Assembly: GCA_014727975.1 (NCBI GenBank)
Contig: WJMK01000039.1
Location: forward strand, 29,237 to 93,236
Direction of reading: 5' to 3'
Source of the DNA: Candidatus Micrarchaeota archaeon
GTDB lineage: Archaea > Micrarchaeota > Micrarchaeia > Anstonellales > Bilamarchaeaceae
Length of the DNA stretch: 64,000 bases
Below are positions 27,938 through 35,804 of the stretch, in pieces; within the stretch, counting starts at the first letter, position 1; the number at the start of each line of letters is the position of its first letter. The notes below the pieces were generated by a model. That model did not search any database, had not been told where the DNA came from, and worked only from the letters and a program-made list of their open reading frames with translations. A program made the position numbers and the translations under genes.

Positions 27938-28906
27938 ATGGAAAACATTGAGAACCTGATGGAGCGGACCAATACTGCATATTATTCAGGGAGGGGAAAA
28001 AACATCTACCATGACTTCAAGACATTTGCAGCATCCAGGAAGCTGGGGAAGGCATGTGCAATCGAGTTTCTTGAAAGGGCGCAAAAAACAGAGGGGGAAC
28101 TGAGGGTTTATGAGTTTGGGGTGGGGGACGGGTGCTTTGCAGGCAACTTCCTGGAAAGCCTGGAGAAGATGGATTCTGCGGTTGCAAAGCGGGTGAGCTA
28201 TGTGCTCTGGGACATCAGCAAAAAAATGCTGGACGGGGCGATGGAGAAGCTGCATGGGCATCCTGTGGAATGCATATGCGAATCCGCTGAAAATCTTTCA
28301 GGGATGAAAGAAGCATTCTGGGTGCGCGGGAACGAAATACTTGATGATATTCCTGCACGCGTATTTTTGAAAAAAGGGGAAAAAATTTATGAGGTGGGAT
28401 GGAACAACGGGGAATTTGCTGCATGGGAAGAGCCCGGTGCGCCTGCGGAAGTTAAGGAGCGGATGCAGGAAGCGCCGGAGGGATATTGGGTCCCGGTTAA
28501 TTTGCGCGCAAAAAATATTGTGGAAAGATGGAGGGAAAGAGTTGTGCAGGGAGGGGGAATAAGCGTATTCGAATATGGGTTTTATTCAAATAAAGAAATG
28601 GTGGGGACCACCCCGGAAATCTGGAATGATTCTGTTGTACGTGAATACGGGGGGCAGTATACTGTTGATGTAGATTTTGGATGGCTGGAGAGAAGATGCG
28701 GAGGGAACGTGGAAAGGCAGGATGATTTTGTGCGCAGGTCTCTCGGGGAGGAGGTGTTTGCAGTCGAAACTGAACGCCTGGATTACCTGGGAGCCAAAGA
28801 GATTGAGGGAAAAAGGAAACTGCTGGAAAAAGAGGGGTATGACATTGAGCTGCTGAAGCGGGGGGCGGAAAAAAGCCCATTCTACCATTATGCCTGGCTC
28901 AGATGA
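27938..28906 (+). CDS. SAM-dependent methyltransferase, NDUFAF7/MidA-like
   Basis: YYS...DFKT, VYEFGVGDG, NEILDDIP, FEYG, TVDVDF; start uncertain (27893 possible). Confidence 0.75.
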   Translation: MENIENLMERTNTAYYSGRGKNIYHDFKTFAASRKLGKACAIEFLERAQKTEGELRVYEFGVGDGCFAGNFLESLEKMDSAVAKRVSYVLWDISKKMLDGAMEKLHGHPVECICESAENLSGMKEAFWVRGNEILDDIPARVFLKKGEKIYEVGWNNGEFAAWEEPGAPAEVKERMQEAPEGYWVPVNLRAKNIVERWRERVVQGGGISVFEYGFYSNKEMVGTTPEIWNDSVVREYGGQYTVDVDFGWLERRCGGNVERQDDFVRRSLGEEVFAVETERLDYLGAKEIEGKRKLLEKEGYDIELLKRGAEKSPFYHYAWLR

Positions 28907-29948
28907 GCTTGACAAAGCCACGGCCTATTTCCGGAAGATATGCCCCGAAAAGGTTTGTGGTTGAGAGGACGAAGCTCATTGTGATTACCATTGCAAGAAA
29001 AGGGAGGCAGCAAAGATTGATTGAGAATCCTGCAATCCTCCCCCCTGCGACTTCGGCCGAATCCGGTATCACCCCAAGCGGGTCAGTATTGAAGCCTGCA
29101 AGCTGGCTGGAAAGGGCACTAAGGGTCCCCATAAAGCCGCTCTGGTGGGCGTCGGTCCAGAGCATCGCCTTGAATGCGGTGTTGGGATTGCCGATTCCCT
29201 GGGTTGTGAACTGCTCCAAGCCTTCAAATTCAGGAAGCAGTGGGCAGGCAAATGTCTGGGGAGTAACGTTAGAAACAAGGATGAATGCGAAGGGAAAAAC
29301 AAGGTAAAACCCTATTGCAAAGGCAAGGATGAATGCGCCTGAACCCCTTGTGGGGGGGAACTGCCTGAGCACTATCCCCAGTGGAAGGAAGATGGTGAGC
29401 GCAGTTGCCTTTATGAAGCGGAGTATGTGGACGAATATATAGTAAATGAAGAGAGTGAATGTCATGTAATTGGTGATGTTGCGTATTGTCTGCACAGGGC
29501 CCTTGTATGCCCAGCCGCCAACAACATCAAACATGAAAACATCAACAGAAAAAGATGATGCAAGCTCAAGCGGGAAATTAAGCTTGAGGAGCAGCCTGAA
29601 GATGGAGTCTATGCACTGGTACACTGAATTCATGTATGCAAGCATATAATCTATCAGGGTAGCGCCATCTGCGCTGGTTGCAAGGGCAGGGACATAGCCG
29701 GTCTGCTGGCCAAAATTGGCCTCAGTCATAGGCAGAACAACCTGGTCCACAAGGAGGGGCTCAATCCACCCTATCAGGACCATCAGGAAAAGGAGGAGGA
29801 AAACCGTGGAAAGTGAAAATACCAACTCTGCCTTGGCCCACTGCTCCAGGGTGGGCAGGCCCATAAGCCTGGAAACCATTATCATTATGGCGGAGAGTGC
29901 TGAAGAGAACATTACCGCTATAATGCATATTATCTCCCAGTCTTGCAT
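28899..29948 (-). CDS. Polytopic membrane protein, paralog 6 of 6 (VirB6/CedA-like)
   Basis: LPTLEQWAKAEL; LPLGIVLRQFPPTRGSG...FP; C-terminal FG...KLI. Confidence 0.75.
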   Translation of the reverse strand: MQDWEIICIIAVMFSSALSAIMIMVSRLMGLPTLEQWAKAELVFSLSTVFLLLFLMVLIGWIEPLLVDQVVLPMTEANFGQQTGYVPALATSADGATLIDYMLAYMNSVYQCIDSIFRLLLKLNFPLELASSFSVDVFMFDVVGGWAYKGPVQTIRNITNYMTFTLFIYYIFVHILRFIKATALTIFLPLGIVLRQFPPTRGSGAFILAFAIGFYLVFPFAFILVSNVTPQTFACPLLPEFEGLEQFTTQGIGNPNTAFKAMLWTDAHQSGFMGTLSALSSQLAGFNTDPLGVIPDSAEVAGGRIAGFSINLCCLPFLAMVITMSFVLSTTNLFGAYLPEIGRGFVKLI

Positions 29949-31096
29949 CAGATCATCCTCGAAAGGTTGCTTATGTCTATTTCCTCCCCGAATGTTTTGG
30001 TCAGGTACCGTACTACAGTTACAAGTATAAGCATATTAAGGGCAGGGAAAAACAGGCCTATCAGGAACCCGACTGCAACCGTGCGCATCATCAGTGCAAG
30101 GTAAAGGCCGAATACTGTGCCAACAATTCCCCCTATCACTATTTCAAAAAAAGTAAAGAGCGTAAGCACTCCGCCGCTCAGGGAGAGTGACTGGCTCTGG
30201 AACTCAGTAAGCGCTTCCCAGTCCCATGCAGAGCTGACCAGGCTGTCCATGCTGGAGGTATAGTAATCCAACTGGAATGGGTGCATCGGGAAAATCATGT
30301 ATCCATTGAGTACAATGAGGTATGGGTAAACAAGCACAAGTCCGACAACGAGCCCTATCAGCGTTCCCCCTATCCTGCGTGTAGGGCTGAAGGAACGCAT
30401 CAGTATGCCAATGGGAAGGTAATACTTTATCATTGCAAAGCTGAGGAAATCCAGTATTATGAGCTGTGCCCTCACTACAATGAATGCGACGGTCAGCGAC
30501 TGCAGGCCATTTACAAAAATCGGGCGCAGAACTGCGCCAAATCCTGCTGTGGGCTGCAATGAAGTACCCATCCCAAGAGGATGCTGGCTGAGAGTAGTTG
30601 TTGTAATGAAATCCATGGGTATGTAAAGCGTATGGAGAATCGTGGAGACGATTACCAGGCTGTCCGAAAAGTCGTCAAGCACATAAGCTGCAGCATCAAA
30701 AAGATTCATGTCTGCAGTTTCTTCAGGGGAGATGAGGGAGCCCATGGGTACTGCACATGATGAATTCATGAGGGCAATCACAATGATTATTATGAATATG
30801 GTGGTGAATAGCTCAAAAATCTCCAGTTTTACTGTTGCCTTCCCCGTATCATTATTGAAAAAATGGTAGAACAGGTAGAGGAAAGCAAGTATTGCGGAGG
30901 ATGCTGCAACTGCTGCGGCCACATAAGTCTGCCAGTCCGGAATGAAAAATGCTTCCTCAGAAGATGGGCATATTTCGGTGGTTGCAAGGATGGGGTATGC
31001 ACCTTCATCAGAAGGGGTTGTGGTGCCCATTGAAGCACACCCCGAAAGGAGCAGGGCAAACAGGGCAAACATCCAATACCTATTCATCTTGATCAC
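29948..31096 (-). CDS. Polytopic membrane protein, paralog 5 of 6, with lipobox-like N-terminus
   Basis: LLLSGC; NNDTGKATVKLEI; LPIGILMRSFSPTRRIGG...YP; FGEEIDISNLSRMI. Confidence 0.75.
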   Translation of the reverse strand: MIKMNRYWMFALFALLLSGCASMGTTTPSDEGAYPILATTEICPSSEEAFFIPDWQTYVAAAVAASSAILAFLYLFYHFFNNDTGKATVKLEIFELFTTIFIIIIVIALMNSSCAVPMGSLISPEETADMNLFDAAAYVLDDFSDSLVIVSTILHTLYIPMDFITTTTLSQHPLGMGTSLQPTAGFGAVLRPIFVNGLQSLTVAFIVVRAQLIILDFLSFAMIKYYLPIGILMRSFSPTRRIGGTLIGLVVGLVLVYPYLIVLNGYMIFPMHPFQLDYYTSSMDSLVSSAWDWEALTEFQSQSLSLSGGVLTLFTFFEIVIGGIVGTVFGLYLALMMRTVAVGFLIGLFFPALNMLILVTVVRYLTKTFGEEIDISNLSRMI

Positions 31097-32311
31097 TCAT
31101 ACCAGTTTTGCAAATGCTGCGATGTTTATCTCGGTCCCAAAATACTTTGCAATCTCCCTTGCAAATGTGAATGTAACAAAAATATTGAACAGGGGGAGGA
31201 ATATGCTGAGCACGAACACAGTATAAATGACATCAGTATACAGGTCGAAGAAAGCAGTCAGCACCCAGGAGAGGGCGATTATGCCTGCAATTTGCTTTAC
31301 TGCACCCAGCAGGAAGATAGAATATATCGAAAGAGTGAGGAAGCCTCCGCTTCCGAGGAAATCAGAAACTATTGCCTCCACCCCGCTGCGCTCATGTAGA
31401 AGGCCGTAGTTGTAGCTATATGCCTGGTAGTTCATCACAAGCATCAGGGGGTAAACCATGAAAAAGGCAATTGAAAGCGCAATAAGCGCATTCCCCCCTC
31501 CCCTGGTTTGAGGGAAGGACTTAAGCAGAACCCCGATTGGGAGGAATATGCTCAGCATGTATTTCTTTATGAAACAGAGGATTATCAGGTTCACAATCCA
31601 CTCAGTCAATGCAAAGGAAAGAAGGGACGCCATTGTCCCGATTCCGTCCACAAGGGGCTTCAGGACTCCGCCGAGGTTGAAGTGGATGGCCATGTGGAGG
31701 GCCCCCCCAATGCGCAGCGGGGCGCTGTAAAGCATGTAGATAAGGGAGTTGAAAGCTCCGAGCCAAAAAATGTCATTGCTTATCTTCTGGACCATAAGCA
31801 TGGAATAATCCATTGCGGTCCCGAATACCCCATCAGGGTCTGTCCCTCCAAGTCCCATGATGTCGTATGCAATCAGGTAAAATGAAAAGAAAAGGGCAAC
31901 TATCAGGAGCGTGTGGATAAATTCAAAAATCTCCTGCTTTGACATTGCAACCATCTGGGGGGAATTGAAGAGGTTGCCTGCCATGTAGAAAATTGCAATC
32001 CCTATTCCGATTACCATAAGGGCGATTGCTGCGGGAATTGTGTAGTCCAGGGGGGAATGGACATCGCATGTGTTGCTTGTAACCCCCATGTCCTCCACTG
32101 TGGACTGCATCTTGTCCTTTGTTTTTTCTGCACCCTCCTGCACCATGGCTATCGGGTCCTGCCCTTCAGCTTCCGTATCTGAGTCTGTGTCTGTTGAAGC
32201 GTCTGCATCAGCATCTGCATCCAAATCAGGGCTCGCATCCACATCAATTCCCGGACTCGCAAATGCATAAAGGCAGAAAAGCAGCACCAGCAAAATAAAT
32301 TTCATTTTCAT
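31097..32311 (-). CDS. Polytopic membrane protein, paralog 4 of 6, with signal peptide and acidic repeat
   Basis: DADADADASTDTDSDTE; NSPQMVAMSKQEI; LPIGVLLKSFPQTRGGG...YP; FGTEINIAAFAKLV. Confidence 0.75.
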   Translation of the reverse strand: MKMKFILLVLLFCLYAFASPGIDVDASPDLDADADADASTDTDSDTEAEGQDPIAMVQEGAEKTKDKMQSTVEDMGVTSNTCDVHSPLDYTIPAAIALMVIGIGIAIFYMAGNLFNSPQMVAMSKQEIFEFIHTLLIVALFFSFYLIAYDIMGLGGTDPDGVFGTAMDYSMLMVQKISNDIFWLGAFNSLIYMLYSAPLRIGGALHMAIHFNLGGVLKPLVDGIGTMASLLSFALTEWIVNLIILCFIKKYMLSIFLPIGVLLKSFPQTRGGGNALIALSIAFFMVYPLMLVMNYQAYSYNYGLLHERSGVEAIVSDFLGSGGFLTLSIYSIFLLGAVKQIAGIIALSWVLTAFFDLYTDVIYTVFVLSIFLPLFNIFVTFTFAREIAKYFGTEINIAAFAKLV

Positions 32312-32321
32312 GCATTATCCC

Positions 32322-33584
32322 TCATATCAGGTGGGTAAGGCCCGCAAGCTCTATGTCTCCCCCGAATATTGGAGAAAGGCTGCGGATTGCTCCTACAGTG
32401 GAGAACACGGAAAGAAGGCCGAAGAACATGGAGAAAAACACGAACCTGGCCGTGGCGTCTATTACGCCCCCTGGTCCTATAAGTGAATCAATATAGCCGT
32501 CATCATCAACAATCTGCCCTGTGAAGTCTATGGAATAAAGGAACATGTCGAACCAGTCTGAAAGGAGGTCTGCTGCATCGGCTTCCCCAAAATCAGAAGT
32601 CTGCTGGCAGTAGTTTACAGTCTCCGGATAGAGCTCCTCTGTAAGGTATTTTTCATTGTCATCCGGCATATCCTGTCCGGGCACCTCCCCAGACACAATG
32701 GAATCTTCCTCCACAAAGCCTACTTTCCCGTAGAACTCCTCCGGGTCGAAATCCAGGGAGGTTATCACTTCGGGCATCCTCTTGCTTGGGTCTGGCTGTG
32801 AAGAATCATAATAAGGGCTCTGCATTGCTACGTTTTTGAAGATTATTGCACCCAGCACATAGAACATTGGAAAAATAAAAAACAGGGATATTCCTATCGC
32901 CATGAGCTGGCCACCAAGCCTCCGGCTGAAGGGGAAAGTGCGCAGTATCAGCCCAAGCATTACAAGAACAGGGTAAAGCGAATAATTTATGAAATTCAGG
33001 AAAAACTGCTGGAAGCGAACAATGACCATGGATTTCATGCCGAATTCAAACATGTAGGAATAGATAGAGGATGGAAGGGAGAATGCAGAGCCAAGCGGGG
33101 AATAGTTCACTGAGCCGCTTGTGTGCTCATGGAAATCAGCTGAAACGCCTATGTTCTGGAAAAAGGAATACCACATGTGGATTGAGAGGAGCTCATAGTT
33201 GAAGAGCTTTCCTTCTGAGTAAAGGGTATCCAGATAATAGCGGGCCATCCTCATGTGGCAGGGGAACTGGTTTTCAAAATCATTGAAATAAGGGTCAAAT
33301 GTAGGGCCGCATATCTGCGCCCCCAGGCCTGGGTCAGGGTATACCCCTTTGATCAAGCTCGCTGCTGCTTCTGTTGCAGTTGCAAGCACGAGCAGCACCA
33401 CCACGATTAATGCTGCTGAGTAAAATGCCTCAACCAGCTCCAGCTTTGCAAATGCAATCATCTTGTCGTTGTTAAGGAACTGCCCGAGCATATAGACAAG
33501 GGCAGCAAACACAATAGCAAGGGAAATTGCAAGAACCGCAATCATTTCCCATTGCTGCCAGAGGTTGCTAACTACATCAAGCAT
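32322..33584 (-). CDS. Polytopic membrane protein, paralog 3 of 6
   Basis: NNDKMIAFAKLEL; LGLILRTFPFSRRLGG...FP; FGGDIELAGLTHLI. Confidence 0.75.
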   Translation of the reverse strand: MLDVVSNLWQQWEMIAVLAISLAIVFAALVYMLGQFLNNDKMIAFAKLELVEAFYSAALIVVVLLVLATATEAAASLIKGVYPDPGLGAQICGPTFDPYFNDFENQFPCHMRMARYYLDTLYSEGKLFNYELLSIHMWYSFFQNIGVSADFHEHTSGSVNYSPLGSAFSLPSSIYSYMFEFGMKSMVIVRFQQFFLNFINYSLYPVLVMLGLILRTFPFSRRLGGQLMAIGISLFFIFPMFYVLGAIIFKNVAMQSPYYDSSQPDPSKRMPEVITSLDFDPEEFYGKVGFVEEDSIVSGEVPGQDMPDDNEKYLTEELYPETVNYCQQTSDFGEADAADLLSDWFDMFLYSIDFTGQIVDDDGYIDSLIGPGGVIDATARFVFFSMFFGLLSVFSTVGAIRSLSPIFGGDIELAGLTHLI

Positions 33585-33585
33585 G

Positions 33586-34518
33586 CTATCCCTTCCCTGT
33601 AATAAACTTGGTCACTGCGTTTACAAACGCGATTGTCAGCGTCATGGTAAGGGCAGGCAGGAAAAGGCCCACCAGGGAGATTTGGGATATGCGGTCCATA
33701 AATGGCACAAGCGCCATGAAGGAGAGGGGCTGAAAAATTGGCAAAAACCACGAGGAGAAATAAGTATCCGTAGTTGAGGTTGCAACCCCAAGTGCATCGT
33801 CCATGCTATTGAAATAGTTGGTTTCCTCTATGTTGGGAGTATACGAATCCGCCCAGCCATGTAGTTGCCACATATCGCTAAGCGCGATATAGTTGATGGA
33901 ATAAAGCAGGGGAAAAAAGCACTGGAAGGCTATGGCTAACACTATCAGGTACACCCCTGCATCACGGGTGGGCGGGAAAAACCTCAATATGATTCCTGCA
34001 GGAAGCAGGTAGTAATAGGCAACTGCATCAATAAGGTAGAAAAGTATCACCTGGACGCTCATTGTCCCGTAAAGGGCAGTAAAGCTGAATACGAGCATGC
34101 GGACGATGGAGATTAGGGGGTCAAGGCCGGGAACAGCTTTTGTAATCCAGTTCCATGGACCCGGCCCCATCCTGTATTCAACTGCATTAAAGTAAGTAAG
34201 GAGCACTTCCATCCTTACCAGCTTAAGGTAAATTGGAAGGATTCCTTCATTTATTACTATGTTGAGGAACTCTATGGATATATCTATGGGGTTGCCTCCT
34301 GCAAGTGCAGTGGATGCCATGTCTGCAAAGTTCCATGCAGCAAATGCAATCACAAGGATTATTGCTGAAAGAAAAAGCTGGCTGAGCTCAATCTTGGCAT
34401 ATGCCTCAAGCTGCGGGCGCTTAAGTGCATAAGAGAGCATGAAAACAATCGAGATGTACCCTATAAGGGCAAGCACGGTTATTCCGATTATTCCCATGTA
34501 TGATTCAAGGTCCATCAC
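33586..34518 (-). CDS. Polytopic membrane protein, paralog 2 of 6
   Basis: KRPQLEAYAKIEL; LPAGIILRFFPPTRDAG...FP. Confidence 0.75.
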   Translation of the reverse strand: MMDLESYMGIIGITVLALIGYISIVFMLSYALKRPQLEAYAKIELSQLFLSAIILVIAFAAWNFADMASTALAGGNPIDISIEFLNIVINEGILPIYLKLVRMEVLLTYFNAVEYRMGPGPWNWITKAVPGLDPLISIVRMLVFSFTALYGTMSVQVILFYLIDAVAYYYLLPAGIILRFFPPTRDAGVYLIVLAIAFQCFFPLLYSINYIALSDMWQLHGWADSYTPNIEETNYFNSMDDALGVATSTTDTYFSSWFLPIFQPLSFMALVPFMDRISQISLVGLFLPALTMTLTIAFVNAVTKFITGKG

Positions 34519-35729
34519 ACCACCTTAGTGAGCCCGAGGATTTCAAGCTCTCCGCCAAGGGCTGCCGCTATAGCGCGGTATCCTGTAATCGTTATTATTA
34601 TCTCTATCACGAAAGTAACTGCAATCATTACTGAAATCTGTGCAAGGCCCTGGAATCTCTCAAGGACCATGAAATAGAAGAAATATGCAAAAGTTGTGGG
34701 CTTTATTATGTCTATAAATGTATGAAGGGATACTTTCCCCCCCACAAACTCCCATAAATCAGAAAGCAGGCCCCCGAGCAGCCCCTGTGCAGAGCCTATC
34801 AGTCCTGAAACCTGGTACCAGTTGCTTTCATAGGGAAGCGGATTGCTGAGGTCGGTTGAAAGCTGCTCCCTGATCTCCGCATTTGACTGGTTGAGATAAA
34901 AAAGCGACTCGTTGATGTCTGCCCCCTCTGGCTCACATATTCCGAGGGGTGTTGGGGCGATTGGGATATATGCAGGATGGGCCTGGGGCCCGAACATCAG
35001 GTAATGGGAAAAGAGGATAGACGCAGGGAATATAAAGAAGCCTGCAAAGGAGATTGCAATGAGGCTGGAGCCTGTTGTACGGGTAAAGGGAAGCGAGCGC
35101 AAAAACAGCCCAAGGGGGAGCAGGAAGCCAGGGGTTATGTCAAAAAGGAATTCGAGGAGCTGCTGCCTTCCCACAACAAGCCCCACAAGCATACCTATGC
35201 TCTCGATTATGCTTACCACCGCATTGCTGAGCATGGCCATTCCGCCATATGGCGAAAAGCTGAGCCACTTTACTGCAAGGATAGGGGTTCCCATGGAAAG
35301 GCTGAACCCAATACTGGAAAGGACCCCGATAAATATTTCAAGGGAAAGAAACCCCACATATGCGCTAAGGATCTCATAGAAAACAGAATCAAGGGAATAG
35401 AATGCAAGCGTCACCAGGGAACAGGACTCTCCTCCGCAGATTGCAGCTGAGACGATTCCGCTTGTTGCCGCATATACTGCAAACCAGGATGCTGCGATAA
35501 AAACAGAAATCATCCATTGGGAAAGCTCCTCCTTTGCAAAAGCGTCAATCTGGGGGGAGCCTAGGAACTTCCCAAGCAGGTAGTACAGAATAACTATGAA
35601 CCCTGCAGAAAGCAGGGCAATCGGGAGAAGCTCTGCAACAAAGGGGTGGGACACTGCTTCCCCAAGCCGCAAAACATCGGTGGATTGGAGCAGAGGGGGT
35701 GCGTACATCATGATAGGCGTCCCGGTCAT
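34515..35729 (-). CDS. Polytopic membrane protein, paralog 1 of 6
   Basis: GSPQIDAFAKEEL; LPLGLFLRSLPFTRTTG...FP; LGGELEILGLTKVV. Start 35729 or 35711; TATA-like tract 35752-35767. Confidence 0.75.
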   Translation of the reverse strand: MTGTPIMMYAPPLLQSTDVLRLGEAVSHPFVAELLPIALLSAGFIVILYYLLGKFLGSPQIDAFAKEELSQWMISVFIAASWFAVYAATSGIVSAAICGGESCSLVTLAFYSLDSVFYEILSAYVGFLSLEIFIGVLSSIGFSLSMGTPILAVKWLSFSPYGGMAMLSNAVVSIIESIGMLVGLVVGRQQLLEFLFDITPGFLLPLGLFLRSLPFTRTTGSSLIAISFAGFFIFPASILFSHYLMFGPQAHPAYIPIAPTPLGICEPEGADINESLFYLNQSNAEIREQLSTDLSNPLPYESNWYQVSGLIGSAQGLLGGLLSDLWEFVGGKVSLHTFIDIIKPTTFAYFFYFMVLERFQGLAQISVMIAVTFVIEIIITITGYRAIAAALGGELEILGLTKVV

Positions 35730-35804
35730 ACGGGTATTTGTTACGACTAACAAATATAAATATATAGTCTCAAAGGAAAACTATTCTGAATTCGGGTAAT
35801 TTGC

